Below, piece by piece: positions 41,506-50,585 of a stretch of 64,000 nucleotides of DNA; the first letter of the stretch is position 1, and every line of letters begins with the position of its first letter. The notes under the pieces were generated by a model. The model was not told the origin of the DNA. It saw only the letters and a list, made by a program, of their open reading frames with translations, and searched no databases. Origin of the DNA: Candidatus Latescibacterota bacterium. GTDB lineage: Bacteria; Latescibacterota; UBA2968. Made by a program: the position numbers and the translations under genes. The stretch spans positions 640,001 to 704,000 of the forward strand of contig OZ242010.1 in the NCBI GenBank assembly GCA_965204745.1, read 5' to 3'.

Positions 41506-42807
41506 CTACTCCTTCCCATACCCAATACAATACAGATGAGTCGCGGTGCGAATAAAAAGCTGGGACCCTGCGGACACGGGCGAGGACAGCGTGTACGTGC
41601 CATCCAATTCATTTGTGCCCAACACCTTAAACTCTGGGCCGGCCGCCAAAACAGTCGTCACCGCGTTTTCATTCAGGAGAAACACCTTGCCATCGGCCAC
41701 ATGGGGAGACGCGCTCACAACGCCTTGCGCGGTCCTCTCTGGCCCCCACACCACGGCGCCGGTTTTGGCGTCGAGACACGTCGCCAGACCGCGATCATCC
41801 ACCATATAAAAATACGTGCCATCACTGGCCGGCGTGGGCACATCCGGCGCGCCTGCGCCCTCCCACTTCCAAACCACATTGCCCGACACATCGCCCGTGC
41901 CTCCCGCGGACAGGGCCAGCAACGGGCGGCGGCGGGTGGGCGCGTAAATCATGTCGTCGATCACAACCGGAGAAGCCACAATCCGATAATTGCCCCGCTG
42001 CTGTGGATTCAACCCATCGGCCCGCCAGATTTCCCGGCCCGTCTCCGGATCGTGCCCGGTCACGCAATCCCCACCCGTAACCACAATTTGGGTCTCGCCA
42101 TCGCGCTTCAACAGGGCGGGCGTCGTGTACGAATCAGGCGATTCCCGCAAGGCATCTGTCGCACGTTCCTCGCGCCACACTTCTTTCCCAGAATTGGCGT
42201 CCAACGCGACGAGGTACGAGGGATCATCCGTATGCATGCCGTGAAGCACCTGCACGATGAGTTTGTTATCGTAGAGAATGGGCGACGAGGCATAGCCCCA
42301 GTACAGCCCAAACGCGCCGTACTCCTTTTGCAAATCGCGCGTCCAAACCGCCCTGCCATCCATGTCCAAACACGTCACCACGCCATTGCCCGTCATCACC
42401 CACACATGCGCGCCATCCGTCACAGGCGAAGGCGACGTATTGTTGTGCTTGCGCCACAGCCTATTGCCCTCGTCCAATTTGTACCGCCAGCGTTCCCGAC
42501 CATCTTCTCTCGCCAAACACAGGATGTAAATTTCCGGCCCACCCGGTTCCCGTTCTTCCGGCGTGCGTGCAGGCGAGGGCGACACGACGAAAACGCGATT
42601 CCCCCAAACGATGGGCGTGCTGCCGCTCCACGAAGGCAACTCGGTTTTCCAGATCAGATTTTTTGTCAGACTCCAAGTAGTGGGCAGGTTCTCGGCCGTG
42701 CCCACCCCGTTTTGATTTGGCCCGCGCCATTGCCCCCAATTCTCTGCGCGAACAGCGAGCGGAATAAGTGCCAAAACACAGACTGCACGAGCGATTCGAC
42801 GAATCAT
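41506..42807 (-). CDS. Exported PQQ-like beta-propeller protein
   Basis: ENWGQWRGP start; repeated SP/TP and G...W blades. Confidence 0.9.
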   Translation of the reverse strand: MIRRIARAVCVLALIPLAVRAENWGQWRGPNQNGVGTAENLPTTWSLTKNLIWKTELPSWSGSTPIVWGNRVFVVSPSPARTPEEREPGGPEIYILCLAREDGRERWRYKLDEGNRLWRKHNNTSPSPVTDGAHVWVMTGNGVVTCLDMDGRAVWTRDLQKEYGAFGLYWGYASSPILYDNKLIVQVLHGMHTDDPSYLVALDANSGKEVWREERATDALRESPDSYTTPALLKRDGETQIVVTGGDCVTGHDPETGREIWRADGLNPQQRGNYRIVASPVVIDDMIYAPTRRRPLLALSAGGTGDVSGNVVWKWEGAGAPDVPTPASDGTYFYMVDDRGLATCLDAKTGAVVWGPERTAQGVVSASPHVADGKVFLLNENAVTTVLAAGPEFKVLGTNELDGTYTLSSPVSAGSQLFIRTATHLYCIGYGKE

Positions 42808-43159
42808 GGTAATACCCTCCGAATAAAATGCTGAGAAAGCCGACAGGCCGGCGGAGCATCTGTTACCCGCGTTGAGACGAGCTTCTTCAATTCCGCTCCG
42901 CTTAGAATGACAAGGTTATTTTAAGCGCGTGATTTTCAATTTGTTTTTTTTTACTTTGACGGATATTATTCCCCCGTTGTTCCTGATCGCAAGATAGAGG
43001 AAACGCAATCAAAACGCGAACCCGTTGGGCGAACAGGTGTCCAAGTGACCGAAATGTGACTGGGCGGCACGCCCTTCACCCGTTTGGCAATGTTTTCACC
43101 CGATAGAGCTTTCGACGTATCTCCCAATTTCCACCCTCATGCTTAAGGAGACCCAAACG

Positions 43160-43780
43160 ATGATTCACCTGCGCGCTTTAATTGAGATCGCCTGCAAAAT
43201 TCTGGGATTGATGTTCTTGATATGGGGTATAAATGCAAGCGCGTTTATACCCGTAGGATGGTTGATGCGCCCAGACGATGAGGCGACAGAACAGCAAATG
43301 ACCATCTCGGATCTCACGGAAGTGCAACTGATGCGCCCAGACGATGAGGCGACAGAACAGGAGATCCAAGACGAAGACGAGGGCGAGATCGCAAAAACGA
43401 TTGCGATTTATAAACGACTTACAATGCCCATTCTCTATTTTGTCTTCGCATTTGTATTCTTAAAATACGCCGATACAATCGCGCACCAGTTGGGTCGCAA
43501 GGACTGGCATATTTCAATTTTTTCCCATGGCGATTGGTCGCAGGTGCTCTACAACATGGGCATTCTGCTCATCGGGGTCTTTATGGTGGTCAAGGGCGTG
43601 CCCCGAGTGATCCATTCGGGAGCCTCGTTTCTCGCCTTTGGTCAAGTCAGCCTCATCCCCACGCATATCTGGGGACAGGTCATTGCCTCGCTCGCCTATC
43701 TCGCCTTGGGATTTTATTTGCTCGCAGGGAGCTCTCCCGTGGCAAAATTAAAAAATGTGGTGAACCCAAACGACGACTGA
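43160..43780 (+). CDS. Hypothetical membrane protein with internal LMRPDDEATEQ duplication
   Basis: AAGGAG before the ATG at 43160; about 4 hydrophobic segments. Confidence 0.65.
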   Translation: MIHLRALIEIACKILGLMFLIWGINASAFIPVGWLMRPDDEATEQQMTISDLTEVQLMRPDDEATEQEIQDEDEGEIAKTIAIYKRLTMPILYFVFAFVFLKYADTIAHQLGRKDWHISIFSHGDWSQVLYNMGILLIGVFMVVKGVPRVIHSGASFLAFGQVSLIPTHIWGQVIASLAYLALGFYLLAGSSPVAKLKNVVNPNDD

Positions 43781-43794
43781 TAAAGGACGCGCCA

Positions 43795-44826
43795 ATGCAA
43801 AAAGTACGATGGGGCATCATCGGGTGCGGCGATGTGTGCGAAGTGAAAAGCGGACCGGGGTTTTACAAAGCGGACCATTCAGAACTCACCATTGTCATGC
43901 GCCGAGATGCTGAAAAAGCGGCTGACTTTGCCAAACGCCACGGCGTTTCCCAATCCACCAACAACGCCGATGAGGTCATTCATCACCCCGATGTCGATGC
44001 CGTGTACATTGCCACGCCGCCCTCCTCGCACTGCGAATACGCCCTCAAAGTCGCCCAAGCGGGCAAACCTTGTTATGTGGAAAAACCCATGGCCATGAAC
44101 CACCGCGAATGCCAGCAAATGGTCGCCGCATTTCAGGCAAAAAACCTCCCCTTGTACGTCGCCTATTACCGCCGCGCACTCCCGCGTTTCCTCAAAGTTC
44201 GCGCACTCCTCCAAGAAGGCGCGATAGGCACGCTCACATCCGTTCACATCGTCCACTACGACAAACTCAAAAATCCCAGCAACCGGCGTTCTGACCCCAA
44301 TGCCAATCCCGCAACTTCCCTATACCCACACGAAAATTCCGGCAACTGGCGTTTTGACCCGTCCATTGCCGGAGCCGGTCTGTTCCTCGACCTCGCATCG
44401 CATGGGTTCGACATTTTGGACTTTCTCATCAGCCCCATCACCCGCGCCTGTGGGTTCGCGCTCAACACGGGTGGCACGTACGAGGCCGAAGACGTCACCG
44501 CCGCAGCATTTGAATTTGAAACCGGCGTCGTGGGCACGGGCATTTGGAACTTTCATGCCGATCATTCCGACAACCGCATCACCTTTACAGGCTCTCATGG
44601 CGAAATCCAAACGCCCGTCTTTTCAAACACCGACATCATCCTCAAGCGCGACGGCACGGAAGAACGCATATCCGCGCCCAATCCCCCACACGTCCACCAA
44701 CCCCTCATTCAATCCATTGTCGACGAACTGCGCGGCAAAGGCCAATGCGTATCCACCGGCGAAACCGGTGCCCGCGCCTCTTGGGTCATGGATCAATGCC
44801 TCATCACCTATTACGGTGAGCGATGA
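43795..44826 (+). CDS. Gfo/Idh/MocA family oxidoreductase
   Basis: WGIIGCG, YIATPP, VEKP, DLASH. Confidence 0.92.
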   Translation: MQKVRWGIIGCGDVCEVKSGPGFYKADHSELTIVMRRDAEKAADFAKRHGVSQSTNNADEVIHHPDVDAVYIATPPSSHCEYALKVAQAGKPCYVEKPMAMNHRECQQMVAAFQAKNLPLYVAYYRRALPRFLKVRALLQEGAIGTLTSVHIVHYDKLKNPSNRRSDPNANPATSLYPHENSGNWRFDPSIAGAGLFLDLASHGFDILDFLISPITRACGFALNTGGTYEAEDVTAAAFEFETGVVGTGIWNFHADHSDNRITFTGSHGEIQTPVFSNTDIILKRDGTEERISAPNPPHVHQPLIQSIVDELRGKGQCVSTGETGARASWVMDQCLITYYGER

Positions 44827-44909
44827 GAAGGCGAATAGACTCACAGGCGCAACCTACGATGCGCGGAGCGATAGGGGGTAGGTCCATCACCAACACCAAA
44901 GGAGACTTC

Positions 44910-45488
44910 ATGCAACTCTTCGACGGCAACACCCTCAATGGCTGGGCAGCCACTGGCAACCCCGAAGGTTGGGTTGTGGATCGCGGTTGCATCTTCTGCA
45001 CCGCAGAAAAAGGGAAATACCTGTATTACACCGAAGACCAATTTCAAAACTTTGAACTCTCGCTCGCGTTCAAACACCCGCCCAACACCAACAGCGGCGT
45101 GTTTTTTCGCTGGACCGATTTGGACAACCCCGTGCAAACCGGCATTGAAATCCAAATTTTGGACACCTGCGGTCGCGAACCCGCAACCGTCAAATGCTGT
45201 GGCGCGGTCTATGATCTGCAAGCCCCCACGCACAACACTTGCAAACCCGCGGGTGAATGGAATCACATGATCCTCTACGCTCTGGACAACATCATTCGCG
45301 TCACCTTGAACGGCGAGCAAATTGTCGATATGGACCTCAATCGTTGGACCACGCCGGGCCAAAACCCCGATGGCACGCCCAACAAATTCAAACGCGCATT
45401 TTGCGAAATGACCGAAGCCGGCTACATCGGTCTTCAAGACCACGGCAACCAAATCTGGTTCCGCGATATTGAAATCGAGAAGCTGTAA
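44910..45488 (+). CDS. DUF1080 (3-keto-disaccharide hydrolase-like) protein
   Basis: LFDGNTLNGW, NSGVF, EIQILD, GEWN, IGLQDHG..IWFRDI. Confidence 0.9.
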   Translation: MQLFDGNTLNGWAATGNPEGWVVDRGCIFCTAEKGKYLYYTEDQFQNFELSLAFKHPPNTNSGVFFRWTDLDNPVQTGIEIQILDTCGREPATVKCCGAVYDLQAPTHNTCKPAGEWNHMILYALDNIIRVTLNGEQIVDMDLNRWTTPGQNPDGTPNKFKRAFCEMTEAGYIGLQDHGNQIWFRDIEIEKL

Positions 45489-45502
45489 CGCGGGAATCGC
45501 AC

Positions 45503-45545
45503 AAAACGCCGGAGATCGTTCAGATCCCCGGCGTTTTATTTTTTT
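45503..45545. terminator. Bidirectional intrinsic terminator
   Basis: AAAACGCCGGAGATC-loop-GATCCCCGGCGTTTT followed by a T-run. Confidence 0.8.
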
Positions 45546-45726
45546 ACTGGCTAAAATCCCATCTTGTATCTTTGGGCGCGCCCGGAGCATCGCCCCTACA
45601 CATACCGCTCACCTTTGAACGGGCTATCTCCAGTTGTACCCCTTTTGTGCCTTTGAACTGGCTGTCGCCAGTTGTACCCCGCTCGTGGCTAAAATCCCAT
45701 CTTACATCTCACTTTTTACCACTGCC

Positions 45727-46530
45727 TCACGACCCAACCGCCGAGTACTTCTTCACGCCCGCCCGCCAAACGAGTTTGATCATGACAACGGCCGCGAGCA
45801 ACCAGAGGGCTTGCATGGCGAAGCCGTTCGCGATTTGGTCTTGCGAAAGCCGACCGAGCATGAGTTCCACCGGAAACGCAATGGCCCAGCGAAAGGGCAG
45901 GGCGTCTGCGAGCAGTTGGATGGGAGCGGGCAGCAGGTCGATGGGGGCGATGCGTCCAGAGAGAAATAGGCCGAGTGTAAAATACATCTGGTTGATGGCT
46001 TCGTTGCGCGTGGTCCAAAAGGCGATGAGGGCGAGCGTCCATTCGATGAAGAATCGCATGAAGAACGCAATGCCCAGTGCCAGCACAAAGGTGGCAAATG
46101 TTTGAATATGAAAAGCGAGGTTGGGGTCAAAGAGAAAGAAGAGCACCATCGCGGTGGGAAAGATGATGACCGCGGTCATGAGTTTGTACGCGATGTTTTC
46201 GGCAATATCCGAGTGGATGGGGTGAACGGGTTTGAGCAAGAGGTTGGAGAGCTCGCCTTGCCGAATGCGAAAATCGTAGATGTGCATGATCCATGAAAAC
46301 GTGAACTGGTTGACGAGCATGAGCACGATGTAATACGCGGCAAAATCAGCAGGGGAATAAGCCCCCACCTGCCCCCCACGCGCTTGGGCAACAGTGGACC
46401 ACACGGTCAGGTAGATAATCGGTTCGAGAATGCGCCCGATCATCCAGATGCTCATCGCGGCGCGATATTGAAACTGGTTGAGCAACGAGATTTTGAGGAA
46501 GGCCCAGTAAATGGCGGGGTAGTGTCTCAT
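45727..46530 (-). CDS. ABC-2 type transporter permease
   Basis: FQYR, IRQGELSNLLLKP, AFWT, LSGRIAP..LLP, LPF...FP, YSAVG. Confidence 0.88.
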   Translation of the reverse strand: MRHYPAIYWAFLKISLLNQFQYRAAMSIWMIGRILEPIIYLTVWSTVAQARGGQVGAYSPADFAAYYIVLMLVNQFTFSWIMHIYDFRIRQGELSNLLLKPVHPIHSDIAENIAYKLMTAVIIFPTAMVLFFLFDPNLAFHIQTFATFVLALGIAFFMRFFIEWTLALIAFWTTRNEAINQMYFTLGLFLSGRIAPIDLLPAPIQLLADALPFRWAIAFPVELMLGRLSQDQIANGFAMQALWLLAAVVMIKLVWRAGVKKYSAVGS

Positions 46531-46700
46531 GCGAATAGACGGAGCGGGGTACAACTGACCGTTTTTCAGGAGTTCATCAACGAACGGGGTACAACTGCGA
46601 CAGCAGTTCATCCCGAATAATCATCGTCAGATCCTGCCGACGCTTCGAGGTAACGTACAACTGCGACAGCAGTTCATCCCGAATAGACAGCGTCAACGGT

Positions 46701-48155
46701 TCATCGGCGAGCAAAAAACCGATCCGTATCTCGAGGGGGTTTGGTGGCTAATGACACGAGCACGAGGAGCAACGCCGACACCGGGACGATAATACCCGCG
46801 GGAATCAAGCCCGTGCCGCCCACGCTGTACGCCCCGTCTGCGCTGAGGGAATCGGCGAAAAAAAACATCCACAGCCCGATCACGCCCAAAATTGCCGCGG
46901 CGGCGCCCTGCTTTGTGCTGCGCTTCCAGTACAGCGCGCCGACAAACACGGGCACCAATCCCGCAAAACCCGTGAGCGACCAAGTGCCGAGTTCAAAAAT
47001 CGACCGCGTTGTGAACAGGGACGCGACAAAGGCCAAAACGAGAAACGCCGCGACAAAAACGCGCCCGAAAAAGACCTGTTGTTTTTCGGACAACTGATCG
47101 TCAAACCCGTAAAACCGCACGATATCTTCGGTGAACATCGCGCCTAGCGCGAGGGTTTGCGAGTCGAGCGACGACATAATCGCGGCAAAAACGCCCGCTG
47201 CCAAGCACCCGGCCAGCACCCCACCCGTATGTGCCAAAATCAATTCGATGAGAATGGGGCCACTGAGCGGGGCTGTAAAATCGATGCGCCCGACCATCCC
47301 CAGCGTGACGCTGGGCACCCACACCGCGGCGATACATATCGGATAAAACGCGATGGGCGTTTGAAAGGAGCGCGCGGTTCGGGCGGAAAGCCAATGGCCG
47401 TAAATATGGGGAAATGCCGCCACGCTCATGGGCAGCATCAGATAGGAGAGCATTTTGAGCGCGTCGTAAGAACCACTGCCAAAAACCACAAATTCGGGAT
47501 GCGATTCGCGCAGGGTCGTCATGGCCTTGCCGATCCCGCCGTAGTGATCCATAATCACCAAATAGGCGACCAAGCCCACGAGGACAAACACCGATGTCTG
47601 AAACGTATTCGCCCAAGCCGTGCTCCGCATCCCGCCATACGTCACGTACAAAAATGTCACGCCACACACGAGCAAACTGCCGGCCCAACTCGGCCAGTCT
47701 CCCCGCGTAATCGCCACGAGCGCGTCTCCCCCGCCTTTGACCCCAATGAGGATGTAGGGCAACATCAACAACACCACGACCGCGAACAAGAGCGTGCCCA
47801 GCGCGGGCGAGGCATAGCGGTCGCGGATCAGTTGGATTTGCGTGACGTATGAAAACCGCTTGCCCAGCCACCAACTCTTTGTCCCCAAATAAAAAAAGAG
47901 AAACGGAATCACAATGGCCGAACTCGCGCCCATCAGCCCAAACACGACAATCCCTTGCCGATACGCTTCTCCAGACGCGCCGAGCATGGTAAATGCCGTC
48001 AAATTTGTGCCCAACAGGGTCATCAACAACACCACGGACCCAATGCTTCGGCTCGCCACAAAATAATCTTCGCCGGTCGCCCGAAAAAGCCGGTGCCCCA
48101 TCGCGCCGACCACGAGCACGAGCACGAGATAAATGACAACGACCGCCATAATCAT
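46701..48155 (-). CDS. Sodium:solute symporter family protein
   Basis: EDYFVASRS, YVTYGGMRS, AAIMSSLDS, ALYWKR. Confidence 0.92.
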   Translation of the reverse strand: MIMAVVVIYLVLVLVVGAMGHRLFRATGEDYFVASRSIGSVVLLMTLLGTNLTAFTMLGASGEAYRQGIVVFGLMGASSAIVIPFLFFYLGTKSWWLGKRFSYVTQIQLIRDRYASPALGTLLFAVVVLLMLPYILIGVKGGGDALVAITRGDWPSWAGSLLVCGVTFLYVTYGGMRSTAWANTFQTSVFVLVGLVAYLVIMDHYGGIGKAMTTLRESHPEFVVFGSGSYDALKMLSYLMLPMSVAAFPHIYGHWLSARTARSFQTPIAFYPICIAAVWVPSVTLGMVGRIDFTAPLSGPILIELILAHTGGVLAGCLAAGVFAAIMSSLDSQTLALGAMFTEDIVRFYGFDDQLSEKQQVFFGRVFVAAFLVLAFVASLFTTRSIFELGTWSLTGFAGLVPVFVGALYWKRSTKQGAAAAILGVIGLWMFFFADSLSADGAYSVGGTGLIPAGIIVPVSALLLVLVSLATKPPRDTDRFFARR

Positions 48156-48367
48156 TCCGCATCCTCCTCGTCCAAGTGATGAGGCCACGCCCGGCGCACG
48201 ATCACCGCCATCGAAAGCGTTGCCACAACGCACAGGCCAATGTGGTAGAGCAAATTGATCGGCAACCCCAAGACCAGCGCGTCCATATCCCACATCCAGA
48301 AATTCAAAAATAGAATCAGCAGAACGATCAAAACGCCCAAGGGCCAGAGCTTTGTTTGTCGTGACAT
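48152..48367 (-). CDS. Small membrane protein (DUF3311-like) preceding the symporter
   Basis: Two TM segments, FWMW...LVLGLP; stop overlaps the symporter start. Confidence 0.75.
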   Translation of the reverse strand: MSRQTKLWPLGVLIVLLILFLNFWMWDMDALVLGLPINLLYHIGLCVVATLSMAVIVRRAWPHHLDEEDAE

Positions 48368-48417
48368 AAATTTCTCCTTCATATCCCAAAGATTTCGATT
48401 CATCTTGGATAATACAC

Positions 48418-49053
48418 ATGCCCAACACCATTCGCAAGCCCTACATCGTCGGCATTGCCGGCGGCACGGCCGCGGGCAAAACCACGCTCGCCCGCATGCT
48501 CTTCAACCGCCTCGGCGACGACCGCGCCGCGTGCATCGCCCACGACGCCTATTACCGCGTCTTCTCCCACCTGCCCGCAGACCAGCGCGCACAAATCAAC
48601 TTCGATCACCCGGACGCGCTCGAAACAGAATTGCTCGTCCAACACCTCCGCGCACTCACACGCGGCGAAACCGTGCCCGTGCCCATTTACGACTTCACCA
48701 CGCACACGCGCACCGCCAAAACCAAAAAAATATCTCCTCGCCCCATCATCATCGCGGAAGGCATTCTCTTATGGACCGAACGAACCCTACGCAATCTCCT
48801 CAACCTAAAAATTTTCGTAGATGTCCCGCCCGACATTCGCCTGATTCGCCGCATCCACCGCGACGTCAATGAACGCGGGCGCACCCTTGAATCCGTCACC
48901 CGTCAATACCTCGAAACCTCGCGCCCCATGCACGAGGCTTATGTCGAACCCGGCCGCAAACACGCGGACCTCATCGTGCCCGGCGACCGCGACCTCACCA
49001 TCGCCGCCAACGTGATCCTGTCGCACCTCTGCACCGTCCTATATAGCAAATAA
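48418..49053 (+). CDS. udk: Uridine kinase
   Basis: GIAGGTAAGKTT, DAYY, NFDHPDA, EGIL, RDVNERGR. Confidence 0.95.
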   Translation: MPNTIRKPYIVGIAGGTAAGKTTLARMLFNRLGDDRAACIAHDAYYRVFSHLPADQRAQINFDHPDALETELLVQHLRALTRGETVPVPIYDFTTHTRTAKTKKISPRPIIIAEGILLWTERTLRNLLNLKIFVDVPPDIRLIRRIHRDVNERGRTLESVTRQYLETSRPMHEAYVEPGRKHADLIVPGDRDLTIAANVILSHLCTVLYSK

Positions 49054-49082
49054 AAAAGGGGAGACCTCGAAAGATCTCCCCC
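49053..49082 (-). terminator. Probable terminator between convergent genes
   Basis: AAAAAGGGGAGA-loop-TCTCCCC. Confidence 0.6.
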
Positions 49083-49157
49083 ATCTCGCCCGGTCGCATC
49101 TGATCGACCACGCCACGAAGCAAACCAGAAATGCCGACCCGGATCGAGAACACTGAC

Positions 49158-49904
49158 TTAAGGCGAAAAGCCGATGCTGATGCCGCCATACACTTCATTA
49201 TTAGGATTAACGCCTTCTTCCACAATAGCAAATCCAACCATTGGCGTGATAGAAATCTGCCCTAGAGGCAAAGCAACTGATGCTGTCAGTGTCAGATCAT
49301 TGAATCCATTTTTTTTGCCATAGGCATCGGCATCGCCACTTGCCGCAACGCTGGCCCCCAAACTCAATGCGGGGCCATCTTCTGAACCCAATGGCAGATC
49401 CACACCAGCAGACAAAGCGAGATACCAACTATCCGTTACCCCAAAATCGTAATAAAATGTCAGCGCGGGCGCGATGGCATTATCCAGAGAAATCCCCACA
49501 TAAGCCTCTTCAGAGTGCTTTTCTCCGGGATCTCCATTGGGAAACACGTATTCGATAAAACCAATCGAAATGCCCACGCCAAACTCTTCGCTCAACATCG
49601 TTGAAAAATCGGCATAGAGGTCAATTTCATCTGCCTCTTTGGTCATCTCGCGATCTTGCACAAACCACGAACCCCAAGCACCTACTGTCAAACCCGTTTC
49701 GCCGAAACCCAGTTCAATACCCGGCTGGAGTGCGATTTTGTCATTTGTTCTGTACTGTTTTTCGTCATCGGCACCGAGTTCTTGACCCCGCCAGATATAA
49801 CCGTACATCGGATCAACCGTAATGCCGAACGACACATCTTCCTGCGCGTTTGCCGGTGCAACCAGCAACATGCCCACGAGCAAAATACCGAACAACTTCT
49901 TCAT
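49158..49904 (-). CDS. Outer-membrane beta-barrel / putative porin (TorF/TIGR02001-like)
   Basis: Signal peptide; YIWRG, LQPG, GAWGS, EIDLY, YVFP; aromatic C-terminus. Confidence 0.75.
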   Translation of the reverse strand: MKKLFGILLVGMLLVAPANAQEDVSFGITVDPMYGYIWRGQELGADDEKQYRTNDKIALQPGIELGFGETGLTVGAWGSWFVQDREMTKEADEIDLYADFSTMLSEEFGVGISIGFIEYVFPNGDPGEKHSEEAYVGISLDNAIAPALTFYYDFGVTDSWYLALSAGVDLPLGSEDGPALSLGASVAASGDADAYGKKNGFNDLTLTASVALPLGQISITPMVGFAIVEEGVNPNNEVYGGISIGFSP

Positions 49905-50188
49905 GACTTCCTCCTGATGAGTTTGTGATTAACTGCACGATGAACCATGACCCATGTGCAAAATTCGTGGCGTCCACACGGGCCACATATTGAACTTCAA
50001 CTTCCGCACTTTCAGTTCCCGATATGCTCCTTTCTTTTTTTTGACCGCATGTCTTTCAATGCGTTCAAATATAGGATGAAAATGTTTCATCCGGATTTCT
50101 TAAAATCAGAGAAAATATAAAAAATGCGCCGCAATATTTCAAATAGATAAACCACGCCCTTCTTTTGATCGCACAAAGCGTTAGGTTA

Positions 50189-50556
50189 GGCTGTGTTGAC
50201 ATTTACGAGCAATGCAACTAGATGGGGCGGTTTATCGAGAAAATCAAGCCCTATCGCAGGATATGCTCTCGGATTGAGAAACTCGGACAGTCGCTCCTTA
50301 TCGGGACCTACCCCCCTAACCCCCGTTACTCGCTTCGCTTCGTTGTAGGCTACGCCTGTGCCTTAGAGGAAGGGGGAACGCAGATGGGTTTTGCGAGGGG
50401 ATGGTGTGAGGGATTTTTAATCGCTTTATGCCCTTGGTCAATGCCATCAGAGCAACCTAAGCCATCAAAGGAACTTTACTCCCCTTTCCTCGTAGGAAAG
50501 GGGCCGGGGGATAGGTCCCCTCGCGCAACGCCATCAGAGCAACCTAAGCCATCAAA
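50189..50556. mobile_element. Inverted, one-ended copy of the IS5-derived MITE
   Basis: TA then GGCTGTGTTGACATTT, transposase remnant RFIEKIKPYRRICSR, both hairpins and the duplicated CCATCAGAGCAACCTAAGCCATCAAAG unit; the second TIR is absent. Confidence 0.8.
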
Positions 50557-50585
50557 GCTAAAATCCCATCTCATGTCTCCCATCT

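Noticed and set aside
43263-43360. CRISPR-like 32-bp repeat with a 34-bp spacer
   Set aside because: Two copies only, in frame within a coding sequence, not palindromic.
46589-46685. CRISPR-like repeat-spacer-repeat (31-bp palindromic repeat, 35-bp spacer)
   Set aside because: Only two perfect repeats, no cas genes or leader in the window, and the core matches the dispersed AACTGC/GCAGTT REP-like family.
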